A stretch of DNA of 63,459 nucleotides, filler included, from 3 parts of 3 records of this genome joined end to end with filler, not necessarily neighbours in it; one strand, 5' to 3'; positions 8,191 to 19,654 are shown, counted from the first letter of the whole stretch. A program made the numbers and translations. Notes: a model not told the origin generated them from the sequence alone.

Positions 8191-10836
8191 CTACTGCAAG
8201 GTTCTGTCGACTATGTCACGGCTGTCTCTCGACAGATTTTCGCATGCTGAAATCCTCAAGAGGGCAGATTCAGCAAGGGCACTTCTTTGTGGGTCAAGTG
8301 CGCGCCACGAGCGGAAGCTCGTCAGAAGTCTCGATGCCACTTGTGGATTTCGCTTATCGATCTCCAGAACTGATTCGGCGATCAGTTCAAATCCGGCACC
8401 ATCCATCCGGGCAAATTGTGTCGGGTTGCCGGTGGCAAAGGATTGCAGCAGCGAGCGGACACGGTTCGGGTTGCCGGCATCGTAGGATGGGTCCGACATC
8501 AATGCCTTGACCCGGCCCAGCGTTTCGTTGCCGGGCGCGGTGGCCTGGGTCATGAACCACTTGTCCATGGCCAGAGAGCTGTCCGTGTGCCGCTCGCGGT
8601 AAGCTGCAAGCGCTTCCTCTTCACGTGGCATATGGTCGTGTACCAGAAGGGTGAGGGCCGCGAGGCGGTCAGTCATGTTGTCGGCAGAGGTAAACCGCGA
8701 CCAGACCAGGTCAGTCGCATCGGCTGCGTCGGAGACTGCATAATAATGCAGGCAACGGTTTGCGAGCGCTCGTTTTCCGGCTGCCTGCGCATCCGGCGAA
8801 AAGGTTCCACCTGCGGACTGGTCGGTAATGAATGGGACGAGGGAAGATGCGATGCGGGCGGCAACTGCGCGCCGCAGCATCTGACGGGCCGTATGAATGG
8901 CGTCCGGGTTGACGTCCTTGCCGATTTCCTGTGCGACATCCGCTTCGCTGGGCAATGTGAGTGCCTGCGCACGCAGGGCTTCATCCAGCTGGGTTTCACC
9001 CAGAACAGACGCTAACACACCGATGACGTCTTCGGACGGCGTGCCTTCCGAGCCGTCACGGACCAGACCGGCAAGCCTCACAAGGTCCTGCATCGCCAAC
9101 GTCTGCACCGCCTGCCATCGATTGAACGGGTCCCGATCCTGTGCTGCCTGAAACAGGAGTTCCTCGGAATGCACGGGCTGGTTCAGACGAACGGGTGCGG
9201 AGAAACCGCGCAGGAGAGACAGAACGGGAGCGGCGGCGACATTGTGGAAGACGACGTCCTGGTGAGCCTTGTCGAGCACAAGCACATCGCCGGCGACGTT
9301 GGCACCCTCCACGGAGCCTGTCTCCATGTCCTCGCCATTGGGGCCGATCAACCCGAAACGAAGCGGGATGACTGCCGGTTTGCTGGACTTCTGGCCGGCA
9401 ATGGGCGGGATTTCCTGGGACAATGAAACGGTGAAGGACTTGCGGTCGGGATCATATTCCGTTTCCACTGACACGACTGGCGTTCCTGCCTGCTCGTACC
9501 AGAGCGAAAACTGTTCAAGATCGGTGGACGATGCTTCCTCGAAGCAGGACAGGAATGCCTCGATTGTGGTTGCTTCGCCGTCATGGCGGTCGAAATAGAG
9601 GTCCAGTCCGGCCCGGAACTTCTGTTCGCCCAGAAGCGTCTGCAGCATGCGAACAACCTCGGCGCCTTTTTCATAGACAGTCGCCGTATAGAAGTTATTG
9701 ATTTCATGATAGGTTCGCGGACGTACGGGGTGTGCGAGCGGGCCTGCATCCTCCGGAAACTGATGCGATTTCAGCAAGCGCACATCGGCAATGCGCTTGA
9801 CCGCCCGCGAGCGCATGTCGGACGAAAATTCCTGGTCGCGGAACACCGTCAGGCCTTCCTTCAGGCACAGCTGGAACCAGTCCCGGCAGGTGATGCGGTT
9901 TCCGGTCCAGTTGTGGAAGTATTCGTGTGCGATCACGGCTTCAATATTGGCATAATCCTGGTCGGTTGCCGTTTCCGGGTCGGCCAGAACATACTTGTCG
10001 TTAAAGATATTGAGGCCCTTGTTTTCCATCGCGCCCATATTGAAGTCCGACACGGCGACGATGTTGAACACATCCAGATCGTATTCGCGGCCAAACACTT
10101 CCTCGTCCCAGCGCATGGACCTCTTCAGGGAATCCAAGGCCCAGTCACACAGGCTCTCCTTGCCATGCTCGACGTAGATGTTGAGTGCGACCTCCTTGCC
10201 GGACATGGTGGTGAACGTGTCCGGAACTTCGGCGAGATCGCCCGCAACCAGTGCGAACAGATAGGCCGGTTTGGGGTGCGGGTCGTGCCACACGGCATAA
10301 TGCCTGCCGGTGCCGTCGATATCTCCTGTCTCCGTCAGATTGCCGTTGGCCAGGAGAACGGGGCAGTCTTTCTTCGAGGCCTCCAGACGTGTCGTGTAAA
10401 CGGCAAGGACATCCGGTCGGTCCAGAAAATAGGTAATCCTGCGAAAGCCCTCGGCCTCGCATTGGGTGCAATAGGTTGCCGAGGAGCGGTAGAGCCCCAT
10501 CAGCTTCGTGTTCGCGTCCGGATCGAGTTCGGTCACGAGTGTCAGCTCGAACGGATCGGCAGGCGGTGAGGCAAGTTCGAGACGATCGGCTGTCGCTGCA
10601 TAGGCAGTCTCGGCAAGCGCTTCGCCGTTCAGCTTGATGCCCGCAAGTGACAATTCGTCACCATCCAGCACAAGCGGGGCGCCGGCCTCTGTTCCCGGTT
10701 GCCTGCTGACCTCAAGCGTCGCGGTCACGCGGGTTGCGCCCGGGGCGAGTTCAACGTTCAGGGCGACCTTGTCGATGCGATAAAGTGGCGGTTGATAGTC
10801 TTCCAGCCGTATGGCCGGCGCCGTTTCTGAACGCAT
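8191..10836 (-). CDS. pepN: Aminopeptidase N (M1 family)
   Basis: CTQCEAEGFRRIT, GAMENKGLNIFN, HEYFHNWTGNR...LKEGLTVFRDQEF, VYEKGAEV. Confidence 0.97.
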   Translation of the reverse strand: MRSETAPAIRLEDYQPPLYRIDKVALNVELAPGATRVTATLEVSRQPGTEAGAPLVLDGDELSLAGIKLNGEALAETAYAATADRLELASPPADPFELTLVTELDPDANTKLMGLYRSSATYCTQCEAEGFRRITYFLDRPDVLAVYTTRLEASKKDCPVLLANGNLTETGDIDGTGRHYAVWHDPHPKPAYLFALVAGDLAEVPDTFTTMSGKEVALNIYVEHGKESLCDWALDSLKRSMRWDEEVFGREYDLDVFNIVAVSDFNMGAMENKGLNIFNDKYVLADPETATDQDYANIEAVIAHEYFHNWTGNRITCRDWFQLCLKEGLTVFRDQEFSSDMRSRAVKRIADVRLLKSHQFPEDAGPLAHPVRPRTYHEINNFYTATVYEKGAEVVRMLQTLLGEQKFRAGLDLYFDRHDGEATTIEAFLSCFEEASSTDLEQFSLWYEQAGTPVVSVETEYDPDRKSFTVSLSQEIPPIAGQKSSKPAVIPLRFGLIGPNGEDMETGSVEGANVAGDVLVLDKAHQDVVFHNVAAAPVLSLLRGFSAPVRLNQPVHSEELLFQAAQDRDPFNRWQAVQTLAMQDLVRLAGLVRDGSEGTPSEDVIGVLASVLGETQLDEALRAQALTLPSEADVAQEIGKDVNPDAIHTARQMLRRAVAARIASSLVPFITDQSAGGTFSPDAQAAGKRALANRCLHYYAVSDAADATDLVWSRFTSADNMTDRLAALTLLVHDHMPREEEALAAYRERHTDSSLAMDKWFMTQATAPGNETLGRVKALMSDPSYDAGNPNRVRSLLQSFATGNPTQFARMDGAGFELIAESVLEIDKRNPQVASRLLTSFRSWRALDPQRSALAESALLRISACENLSRDSRDIVDRTLQ

Positions 10837-11105
10837 CGAATTCTCCTGCTGATGTTAGGCGCAGTTGCCTGCCTGTGCCTGGCCGAAAAGCCCGTTTTGG
10901 AGGCCGTAACCGCACCCTCATGAAATTGTGAGGATGAGCTAAGGCGTTAGCATGATCGCAGATTACGGCAAAGTCCTGTTTGACCTTCCGCAAGGGCTGG
11001 TATTCCGTCAGCCTTTGATAACACCTAAATACGGACGGGAGGTTTTGACGGCAGCCGGGGCATTGTCTATGTCAGGTGCGTCGTAAGTTGCAGGGAATTT
11101 TTTTA

Positions 11106-11603
11106 ATGAGCCGTTTGGACAGTTTTATTCGTCGAATGACATCCCAGAAAACATTGCTCGAATTTCTGGTCGACAAGGTCAACGAAGTCGACGGACCTAT
11201 CCTGGAACTCGGGTTGGGCAATGGCAGAACCTATGACCACCTGCGCGAGATTTATCCGAACAAGGAAATTTTCGTATTCGATTTCGCCATGGACTGCCAC
11301 CCGAGTTGCGCTCCGGACGCGCATCACATGATCCTCGGCAACATTCGCGACACGCTTGTTTTCTGCGGGCCGCGGATCGGGGCGAAGGCGTCGTTCGCCC
11401 ATATCGACATCGGTTCGGCTGATCCTACAAATGACCTTGCGACAGCTTCCTGGCTGGCTCCTTCAATAGATGCCCACATGGCCGTTGGCGGAATCATCCT
11501 GTGCGCGCTCGAACTCAACCTGCCGAATTACGAGACCCTGAAAAAGCCGGATGGCATTCACCGGGGTCGCTATCATATCTATCGCAAGACATCAGAAGCC
11601 TGA
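11106..11603 (+). CDS. Small class I SAM-dependent methyltransferase-like protein
   Basis: MSRLDSFIRRM start; motif I ILELGLGNGRTYDHLRE. Confidence 0.75.
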   Translation: MSRLDSFIRRMTSQKTLLEFLVDKVNEVDGPILELGLGNGRTYDHLREIYPNKEIFVFDFAMDCHPSCAPDAHHMILGNIRDTLVFCGPRIGAKASFAHIDIGSADPTNDLATASWLAPSIDAHMAVGGIILCALELNLPNYETLKKPDGIHRGRYHIYRKTSEA

Positions 11604-11630
11604 CCGTCGGCACTATTCAGGAAGAGACAC

Positions 11631-12815
11631 ATGACCGCGCCGCTCAAAGGCATCAAGGTTGTCGAACTGGCCCGCATTCTGGCCGGGCCCTGGACGGGCC
11701 AGACCCTCGCGGACCTGGGGGCAGACGTCATCAAGGTGGAAAGCCCGCAAGGCGATGATACCCGGGGCTGGGGACCGCCATTCGTCAAGGACGAGGCGGG
11801 CGCGGACCGGGATGCCGCCTATTTTCATGCCTGTAACCGCGGCAAGCGTTCCATTGCGGTGGATTTTCGCACACAGGAAGGTCAGGACCTCGTCCGCCGC
11901 CTGGTGGCGGATGCCGACATTCTGGTCGAGAACTTCAAGGTCGGTGGGCTCGCTAAATACGGCCTCGACTATGACAGCCTTTCCAAGGTCAATCCGAAGC
12001 TGATCTATTGTTCGATCACCGGGTTCGGTCAGGACGGTCCCTACGCTCATCGGGCCGGCTACGACTTCATGATCCAGGGCATGGGCGGCATCATGGATCT
12101 GACCGGGGACCCGGAAGGCGACCCGCAGAAGATCGGGGTGGCGTTCGCGGATATCTTTACCGGGCTTTACGGTGTCATCGGCGTTCTGGCCGCCTTGCGC
12201 CGCCGCGATGAAACCGGCGAAGGCGAATGGGTCGACATGGCATTGCTCGATGCGCAGGTCGGAGTGCTGGCCAACCAGGCGCTCAATTACTTTGTTTCGG
12301 GCAAGGCGCCGAAACGTCTGGGCAATGCGCATCCCAACATCGTTCCCTACCAGGTCTTTCCGGCTAGCGACGGGCATCTGATCATCGCGGTTGGCAATGA
12401 TGGCCAGTTCAGGCGCCTTTGTGCTGTTCTTGGCCTGCCGGAACTTGCCGACAATCCCCGCTACGCCACCAACGCAGCGCGGGTTGCTGCCCGCTCGGAC
12501 CTTGTGCCGATCCTGACGGCTGAAACGTCGACGAGAGCCCGCGACGACCTCCTGGCCGCGCTTGAAGGCGAGGGAGTTCCGGCTGGACCGATCAATTCCG
12601 TGGAAGATGTCTTCAACGACAAACAGGTGTTGCACCGGGTTATGAAGGTCGACCTGCCGGCGACCGGGGTCGAAGGCGGCTCCGTTGCCTCCGTCCGCAC
12701 ACCCATCAGGTTTCGGAACGGGACACTCGTGCTGGACCGCGCTGCGCCGGCACTTGGCGAACACACGGAAGAAATCCTGAAGGAACTGGGCATCACGTCT
12801 GACCCGAACTCCTGA
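11631..12815 (+). CDS. CaiB/BaiF class III CoA-transferase
   Basis: LARILAGP..GQTLADLGADVIKVE, NRGKRS, ENFKVG, SITGFGQDGP, GYD; RBS AGGAAG. Confidence 0.93.
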   Translation: MTAPLKGIKVVELARILAGPWTGQTLADLGADVIKVESPQGDDTRGWGPPFVKDEAGADRDAAYFHACNRGKRSIAVDFRTQEGQDLVRRLVADADILVENFKVGGLAKYGLDYDSLSKVNPKLIYCSITGFGQDGPYAHRAGYDFMIQGMGGIMDLTGDPEGDPQKIGVAFADIFTGLYGVIGVLAALRRRDETGEGEWVDMALLDAQVGVLANQALNYFVSGKAPKRLGNAHPNIVPYQVFPASDGHLIIAVGNDGQFRRLCAVLGLPELADNPRYATNAARVAARSDLVPILTAETSTRARDDLLAALEGEGVPAGPINSVEDVFNDKQVLHRVMKVDLPATGVEGGSVASVRTPIRFRNGTLVLDRAAPALGEHTEEILKELGITSDPNS

Positions 12816-12832
12816 ACGAAGAAAGCACTGCC

Positions 12833-13417
12833 ATGAGCACCCCGGATTACCTCAAGGTCTCCGATAGCGAAGTTCTGTCCAATTCCTGGGGAACGCTGAC
12901 CCGCCACCGGATCGAGTACAGGCGCCGGGACGGCGACTGGCAGGAGCAGGTGCGTGAAGTCTACGAAAAGGGACATGGCGCAACCTGCCTGCTCTACGAT
13001 CCGGAACGCAATTGCGTGCTGCTGACGCGCCAGTTCCGGCTGCCAGTCTGGGCTGCCGGCCGAGACCCGATGTTGATCGAAGCACCCGCCGGTCTTCTGG
13101 AAGGTGCGCATCCGGAGGATCGCATGCGGGCGGAGCTGATCGAGGAAACAGGATTTGAGGTTTCGGACCTGGAACATCTGTTCGATGCCTTCAGCAGTCC
13201 GGGATCCGTAACCGAATATGTGGCATTCTTCCGCGGGACATACCATCCGAAGGACAAGGTCGCCGAAGGTGGCGGGAAGGAAACCGAGGGGGAGGATATC
13301 GAGGTGATGCACGTTCCCCTCGACCAAGCGCTCGAGATGATCCGCTCCGGTGAAATCATGGACGCAAAAACCATTATCTTGCTGCAGGAACTGGCCCTGC
13401 GTCGATTGACCGGCTAA
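12833..13417 (+). CDS. nudK: NUDIX hydrolase, GDP-mannose pyrophosphatase NudK-like
   Basis: LLTRQFRLP, IEAPAGLL...ELIEETG Nudix box, SPGSVTE, EGEDIEV, DAKTIILLQ. Confidence 0.75.
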   Translation: MSTPDYLKVSDSEVLSNSWGTLTRHRIEYRRRDGDWQEQVREVYEKGHGATCLLYDPERNCVLLTRQFRLPVWAAGRDPMLIEAPAGLLEGAHPEDRMRAELIEETGFEVSDLEHLFDAFSSPGSVTEYVAFFRGTYHPKDKVAEGGGKETEGEDIEVMHVPLDQALEMIRSGEIMDAKTIILLQELALRRLTG

Positions 13418-13532
13418 AGGCAAAAGACATCGCGGTGGCAGTCCTTTGCGGTGGAAAGTCGAAAGCTTGCCTTAATTTGACGGAAACCGTCATGCAGGTA
13501 AGCTGCCTGTTCGCAACAAGGGTCACCGCCCA

Positions 13533-15410
13533 ATGAAAAAATCGAAACGCACCGGCCGGCGCATAATGCTGCCCCTGACGACTATCGTCGGGCTGGGGTT
13601 CGGTGCGTTTGTTGCGATTGCGATCGGTCTTGTCCTGGGCCTGTCTGTCTCGGCCAACTTTCGCAACACGTTTTCCCTGCTGAACGACAAGACGATCCTG
13701 AGCACCCAGGCGCTCGAGACGCAGCTGCGGACGCATTTCGTATCTGTCGAAAACGCGATCATCGGCCTGAAGCCCTATTTCGATGACGGCACGCTCGGCT
13801 TCGACGATACGGAAAGGACGCTGCAGGATCTGTCGATCGCGCTGAAATCCAATCACGACATCACCACACTGGTGGTGACTTCGACCGACAGAAGCAAGCT
13901 GGGGATCTATAGGGCACCGACCGGCAAACTGTGGCGGATTGAAACCGACGCGCCACCACCCGGCATGAACATGCAGGAAATGCCGCAGTTGAGCGCCGAC
14001 AGTCCGCCGACCTGGGGACCGCTCGTCAAACACGAGGTCGGTCTTTTCGCGAATGTTTCGGTGCCGTTGGTGCGGGACGGCAAGGTTGCCGGCATGCTGA
14101 CGGCTGCGACGTCCATGGAAGAACTTGCCCACATCGTTTCTGCTCAGGACGAGGGCGGCGACAACACCGTCTTCATCATCGCGGATGGCGATCAGGTGAT
14201 CCTGCATTCGGACGCTCCCTGGCTCCAGACCGGCGGCAGCATTCAGGACAAGTTGCCGGGCTCCTGGCAGACGATCGGCGACCCCGTTCTGGCTGCCATG
14301 GTAAATGAAGAAAAGCTGGACGAATTCAAGAAAGCCGCGGAACTCGGCATCGACGTCTCCACCGTTGATGCAAACAACGAAGAATATATCGTCATGAAGG
14401 CCCAGCTGGATGGTTTCAGCGACCGGCCCTGGACTGTCGGGCAGTATTACCTCAGCGCGACGGTCTCCCGGGAGCTGCGGCGTCTTGCAGGCTCCATGTT
14501 CGTCGGCTTCGGTGCGCTCGTGGTGTCGGTGCTGATCGCATTCTGGATGGGGCGGCGCGTCGCCCGCCCGTTGCGCTACCTTGCGGTTCAGTCCAAGCGT
14601 ATCGGCAGCCTTTCGCTCAACGAGGTTGAGCCCCTGCCGCGCAGCCGCGTCGCGGAGATCGATCAGGTGGCGCTCGCCTTCAATTCCATGGTTGAAGGCC
14701 TCAAGGCGATGAACACCTATGTGCCGCGCTCGCTCTTCATCAAGCTGATGCGATTGGGAGGCGGGAATGCTGCACAGGCGCGTGGTGCCGAACTCACGAT
14801 CCTCTTTACCGATATTGTCGGGTTCACGGCCTTGTCCGAGCACCTGAGTGCGGAAGAGACCGCCAGCCTGCTGAATGACCATTTCGCCATCCTGGTCGAG
14901 GCTGTCGAAGGCGAGGGCGGCACGGTCGACAAATTCCTGGGGGATGGCATGCTGGCCTTCTGGGGCGCGCCTGATGCCCGCCCGGACCATGCGGAGGCTG
15001 CTGTCAGAACCGCACGCCGGATTGCTGCCGCGCTGCATCAGTCGAATCTGAACGCGGTTACCCAGGGGCGTCCGCAGATGGCGCTTCGGATCGGTATTCA
15101 CACCGGCCCGGCGGTTGTCGGCAATGTCGGCGCGCTTGATCGCTGGAACTATACCGTTGTCGGCGACACCGTGAATGCGGCCGAACGCCTGCAGACGCTT
15201 GGCAAGGAAGTTCCCGAAAACCCGGAAGTCGTCATCCTGGCGAGTGCGGACACCGTTGCGCATCTGCCTGGTGAGCGGCACCAGCGGCCGGTCGGCGCGC
15301 ATCACTTGCGCGGCCGAAGCGGGCAGATGGAAGTCTATTGGCTCGATCCCTTTCCGCAGTCAAAGCCTGTACACAGGCCCGTGGAGCGGCCGGTGTCTGC
15401 CGCGGAGTGA
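13533..15410 (+). CDS. Membrane-bound class III adenylate cyclase (periplasmic sensor + HAMP + cyclase)
   Basis: Two TM helices, HAMP, LFTDIVGFT, DKFLGDG (ATP-specifying Lys), YTVVGDTVNAAERL. Confidence 0.9.
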   Translation: MKKSKRTGRRIMLPLTTIVGLGFGAFVAIAIGLVLGLSVSANFRNTFSLLNDKTILSTQALETQLRTHFVSVENAIIGLKPYFDDGTLGFDDTERTLQDLSIALKSNHDITTLVVTSTDRSKLGIYRAPTGKLWRIETDAPPPGMNMQEMPQLSADSPPTWGPLVKHEVGLFANVSVPLVRDGKVAGMLTAATSMEELAHIVSAQDEGGDNTVFIIADGDQVILHSDAPWLQTGGSIQDKLPGSWQTIGDPVLAAMVNEEKLDEFKKAAELGIDVSTVDANNEEYIVMKAQLDGFSDRPWTVGQYYLSATVSRELRRLAGSMFVGFGALVVSVLIAFWMGRRVARPLRYLAVQSKRIGSLSLNEVEPLPRSRVAEIDQVALAFNSMVEGLKAMNTYVPRSLFIKLMRLGGGNAAQARGAELTILFTDIVGFTALSEHLSAEETASLLNDHFAILVEAVEGEGGTVDKFLGDGMLAFWGAPDARPDHAEAAVRTARRIAAALHQSNLNAVTQGRPQMALRIGIHTGPAVVGNVGALDRWNYTVVGDTVNAAERLQTLGKEVPENPEVVILASADTVAHLPGERHQRPVGAHHLRGRSGQMEVYWLDPFPQSKPVHRPVERPVSAAE

Positions 15411-15564
15411 TTCCTTCCTGACCGTTGGATCGCCGGCCAGGCTTCCAGCTAGTCTGTTTCGTGTTCAGATGAACGCAGAAAAAAAGAATTCGGGTTCGTT
15501 CGACAATTGCAGTTTAACGTTCGGTTGCACCCGTTAATCGAGTGGCGGAACGGGTCTGCTCTTG

Positions 15565-15590
15565 CAAACTGTGACGAACATCACAGTTTG
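15565..15590. promoter_or_regulatory. CRP-family operator (TGTGA-N6-TCACA)
   Basis: CAAACTGTGA-CGAACA-TCACAGTTTG, perfect 10-bp inverted repeat about 110 bp upstream of the ABC operon. Confidence 0.65.
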
Positions 15591-15700
15591 TTTTCATGAA
15601 TCCTGCATTGCTATCCACTGGCGAATTTGGTTGTCTTTCAAATGCAATGAGGGCTTAGTAAGCCTCTGTCAGACAATCCTTGCCTGGGAGGAAATGCGCG

Positions 15701-17587
15701 GTGAATGTTCTCTCGATTGAGGGACTGACGGTTGATTTTAATACGGCGGAAGGTCAGGTCCGGGCGGTCGACAATGTGTCATTTGTCGTACCCGAGAACC
15801 GGACTGTCGCGCTGGTGGGCGAATCCGGGTCGGGCAAGACGGTCATATCGCAGACGATCATGGGTCTTCTGCCCCAGGCTGCATCCATTACATCCGGGAA
15901 GGTAATCCTGGCGGATCCGACCGGCGCAGAGCCGCCTGTCGATATCGCTGCGCTTGAGCGCAAGGGGCCGCAGATGCGGCACCTGCGCGGCAACCGGGTT
16001 GCGATCATTTTCCAGGAGCCGATGACGTCGCTGTCGCCGCTGCATACTATCGGCGACCAGATCGGCGAAGCCGCACTTCTTCACCGCAACGTTTCCAGCG
16101 CCGAGGCACGCGAACTGACCAAGACCATGCTGAGCCTGGTCCAGTTCCCCGATCCAGAGCGCGCTCTCGACACCTATCCGTTCGAACTCTCAGGGGGCCT
16201 GCGCCAGCGCGCGATGATCGCGATGGCCATGATCTGCCGCCCCGCGCTGCTGATTGCAGACGAGCCTACCACCGCGCTCGACGTCACAATTCAGGCGGAA
16301 ATCCTGAAACTCATTCGCGAAGTTCAGGCCGAACTGCGCATGTCCGTCCTGATGATCACCCACGACTTTGGCGTGGTCGCCAACATGGCCGATGAAATCG
16401 CGGTGATCTATCATGGCCGCATCATGGAAAAGGGCACTGCGCAGCAGCTCTTCTCCAATCCCAAGCACGACTATCTGAAGGCTCTGCTCAACGCGGTCCC
16501 GAGCTTCCACATGGACCGGGACGAGCGGCTGGTGCCGATCCGGCCCATCAAGGTCCGTTCGGAGGAATTGACGGCCAATCGCCCGCATTGCGATGTCAAG
16601 CCGGGCGAGCCACTGGTCGAAATGCGCGATGTCACCAAACGGTTCACCTTGCGCAAGGGGTCTTTCCTTGGTGGCAAGGTCAAGACCATGACCGCGCTCG
16701 ACAGCATCAACCTGACGATCCGCCGTGGCGAGTGTCTCGGTCTCGTAGGGGAATCGGGTTCCGGCAAGACCACCGCAGCAAAGGCCATCCTGAGGGCAAT
16801 CGGTATCGAGGGCGGCAATGTCCTCTACAATCGCGGCAAGGGGCTGGAAGACATCTCCAAGCTCAAGGGCGCGGAACTGATGGACTATCGCCGCCGCGTG
16901 CAGCTTATTTTCCAGGACCCGTTCTCCTCGCTCAACCCGCGCATGACCATCAACGACACACTGATGGAACCCCTTGAGGTGCACGGCATCGGCACCCCTC
17001 AGGAGCGGGCCGAGCGCGCACGCAATCTGATGAACCTGGTGGGGCTCGACCCGCGTTTCCTGCGCCGCTATCCGCATTCGTTCTCCGGCGGTCAGCGCCA
17101 GCGCATCGGGATCGCTCGAGCTCTCGCGCTCAACCCGGAATTCCTGTTGTGCGACGAACCGACCTCGGCGCTCGACGTCTCGGTACAGGCGCAGATCCTG
17201 AACCTTCTGCAGGATCTCAAGCGCGACCTGAACCTGACCTATCTCTTTGTCAGCCATAACCTGGCCGTGGTCGACTATGTTGCCGACCGGATCGCGGTCA
17301 TGTGCCGTGGACGACTGGTTGAGATGGGCGAAACACGAACTGTCGTCGGCAATCCGCTGCACCCGTACACGAAAGCCCTGCTTTCGGCCGTGCCCGAGCC
17401 GGACCTGTCGGCACCACTGGATTTTGCCGCCCTAGATGCCAACAGAGCATCGGAGCCGCAATCTTGGCCGGAACCTTTCCGATTGACCGACGGCCAGGCG
17501 CCGTCGCTGGTGGAAATGGAACCGGATCACTTTGTCTGCGCACCTGGCCTGAAGAATGCCGGGGCGCTTGAGGGGACTGCAGCATGA
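15701..17587 (+). CDS. Peptide/opine/nickel-family ABC transporter, fused double ATPase
   Basis: Two Walker A (GESGSGKT), signatures [23 protein letters not shown] start after GGGAGG. Confidence 0.93.
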   Translation: MNVLSIEGLTVDFNTAEGQVRAVDNVSFVVPENRTVALVGESGSGKTVISQTIMGLLPQAASITSGKVILADPTGAEPPVDIAALERKGPQMRHLRGNRVAIIFQEPMTSLSPLHTIGDQIGEAALLHRNVSSAEARELTKTMLSLVQFPDPERALDTYPFELSGGLRQRAMIAMAMICRPALLIADEPTTALDVTIQAEILKLIREVQAELRMSVLMITHDFGVVANMADEIAVIYHGRIMEKGTAQQLFSNPKHDYLKALLNAVPSFHMDRDERLVPIRPIKVRSEELTANRPHCDVKPGEPLVEMRDVTKRFTLRKGSFLGGKVKTMTALDSINLTIRRGECLGLVGESGSGKTTAAKAILRAIGIEGGNVLYNRGKGLEDISKLKGAELMDYRRRVQLIFQDPFSSLNPRMTINDTLMEPLEVHGIGTPQERAERARNLMNLVGLDPRFLRRYPHSFSGGQRQRIGIARALALNPEFLLCDEPTSALDVSVQAQILNLLQDLKRDLNLTYLFVSHNLAVVDYVADRIAVMCRGRLVEMGETRTVVGNPLHPYTKALLSAVPEPDLSAPLDFAALDANRASEPQSWPEPFRLTDGQAPSLVEMEPDHFVCAPGLKNAGALEGTAA

Positions 17588-19470
17588 AGTTTTTGAATTC
17601 CGTAAGGACCGGTCTTTTCCTGACCGTAGCTCTGATAGCGGGGCCACTGGCCGCGTTGGAGCTGAAGGAAACACCGGGCCTTGATCCGTCTCTGCCGCCC
17701 GTGGCGGAACGGGTTCCCTCCGACCCTCTGATCGTTGATCTTGAAGCCAAGGGTCGAACCGTCGGCAAGCCGGGAGGCAAGATCGACACCCTGATCGGCC
17801 GGGCAAAGGATGTCCGACTGATCAACGTTTGGGGCTATGCCCGCCTCGTTGGCTACAACGAGCAACTGGAACTGGTTCCCGATATCCTGGCGAACGTCGA
17901 TGTTGAAGATGGCCGCATTTTCACGCTTCACACGCGCGCCGGCCACAAGTGGTCTGATGGCCATCCCTTCGGTGCCGAGGATTTCCGCTACTTTTTCGAG
18001 GACATTGTCAGCAACGAAAGTCTGACCCCGTCAGGTCTGCCGCCGTACCTGCTGGCCAACGGCAAGGGCCCCAAGTTCGAGGTCCTGGACGAAACCACCG
18101 TCCGCTTTACCTGGGATTCGCCGAACCCGCTGTTCCTGCCGGAACTGGCAAAGTCCCGTCCGCCGTTCATCTATCGGCCAGCCCACTATCTGAAGCAGTT
18201 CCACGAGAAATACGGCGATCCTGATGTGATCGCCAAGGAAGCTGCAAAGGTGAAGGCGCGGGACTGGGCACCGCTCCATAACAAAAAAGACGACATGTAC
18301 AACGCGCAGAACGTCGACATGCCGTCGTTGCAGCCTTGGGTGCGCAACCGCGATGACAGCGATCTGCGCTTCGTTCTGGAACGCAATCCATACTATCACC
18401 GGGTCGACAGCACCGGTCAGCAGCTTCCATATGTCGACGAAATCATCATGACGGTTGCCGACGGCAAGCTGATCCCGGCCAAGGCCCAGGCTGGCGAAAG
18501 CAACCTGCAGGCACGTAACCTCAACTTCGCCGACATTACCGTTCTGAAGAAGGGCGAAAAGGACAATGACTATGTCACCGCGCTCTGGTCCAACACCAAG
18601 GGTGCGGAGATCTCGATCCTGCCGAACCTGACGGTCAAGGATCCGGTCTGGCGTGAACTGATGCGCAACACGAAGTTCCGTCATGCCCTGTCGCTCGGGA
18701 TTGACCGCAACCTGCTCAACCGGGTCCTGTTCTTCGGGCTGGGAACTCCGGGCAACGACACGGTTCTGGCGTCCAGCCCGCTTTACAAGGCCGAGTTCAC
18801 CACCAAGTGGGCGGAATACGATCCGGAACAGGCGAACGCTCTTCTGGACGAAATCGGCCTAACCAAGCGCAACGGAAACGGCATTCGTCTGATGTCCGAT
18901 GGCCGTCCGCTGGAAATCATCGTGGAGACAGCTGGCGAGGAACAGGTCCAGGATGATGCCCTGGAGCTGGTCAAGGAAATGTGGAAAGAGATCGGCGTCG
19001 CTCTGTTTGCCAAGCCGAGCCAGCGTGACAACATGCGCGAGCGCGCCATCACCGGTGACCTGCTGATGTCTGTCTGGTCCGGCTTCGAGAACGGCATTCC
19101 GACGTCCGAAATGCCGCCGGAAGATTTTGCCCCTGTGCGTGGCGACGCGTTTTCGTGGCACAAGTGGGGTGACTATTTCGAAACCCAGGGTGAGGGCGGC
19201 GAAAAACCCGACTGGGCCCCGGCCGAGCGTCTGATGGAACTCTATACCGCATGGTTGAGCTCCAGAACGCCGGAAGAGCGCACCGAGATCTGGGAAGAAA
19301 TGCTCCAGATCCATGCCGACGAAACCATTCATATCGGTCTGGTTTCCGGCGTTCGTCAGCCGGTTGTGATCAAGAACGTCGAAAACGTTCCGCTTGAAGG
19401 TATCTACGGCTGGGATCCCGGCGCCCATTTCGGAATTCACCGCATGGATGAATTCTACATGGCCAAGTAA
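17584..19470 (+). CDS. ABC transporter substrate-binding protein (family 5)
   Basis: Signal peptide, LPPVAERVP, G(H)KWSDGHPF, RNPYY..VD..GQQLPY; ATGA overlap. Confidence 0.92.
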   Translation: MKFLNSVRTGLFLTVALIAGPLAALELKETPGLDPSLPPVAERVPSDPLIVDLEAKGRTVGKPGGKIDTLIGRAKDVRLINVWGYARLVGYNEQLELVPDILANVDVEDGRIFTLHTRAGHKWSDGHPFGAEDFRYFFEDIVSNESLTPSGLPPYLLANGKGPKFEVLDETTVRFTWDSPNPLFLPELAKSRPPFIYRPAHYLKQFHEKYGDPDVIAKEAAKVKARDWAPLHNKKDDMYNAQNVDMPSLQPWVRNRDDSDLRFVLERNPYYHRVDSTGQQLPYVDEIIMTVADGKLIPAKAQAGESNLQARNLNFADITVLKKGEKDNDYVTALWSNTKGAEISILPNLTVKDPVWRELMRNTKFRHALSLGIDRNLLNRVLFFGLGTPGNDTVLASSPLYKAEFTTKWAEYDPEQANALLDEIGLTKRNGNGIRLMSDGRPLEIIVETAGEEQVQDDALELVKEMWKEIGVALFAKPSQRDNMRERAITGDLLMSVWSGFENGIPTSEMPPEDFAPVRGDAFSWHKWGDYFETQGEGGEKPDWAPAERLMELYTAWLSSRTPEERTEIWEEMLQIHADETIHIGLVSGVRQPVVIKNVENVPLEGIYGWDPGAHFGIHRMDEFYMAK

Positions 19471-19485
19471 ACCGCAGTTCCGCTT

Positions 19486-19654
19486 GTTTTCCGGTCCGGC
19501 TGGTTCTGACACCAACCGGCCGGGGAAACTGCCAGAGGTATCGTTCGGTTCGGAAGATTATCCGAACCGAACGCTTTAAAGGCGACGGGCTGACTTGATC
19601 CGGCCCGTTCCGCCAGACGTTTTTCCGGGGACTGACTCTTGGTTGAAAAACGTC
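19486..19654. repeat. Cluster of four stem-loops after the substrate-binding-protein gene
   Basis: e.g. CGTTCGGTTCGGA-N6-TCCGAACCGAACG (19542-19573) and GACGTTTTTC...GAAAAACGTC (19616-19654). Confidence 0.6.
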
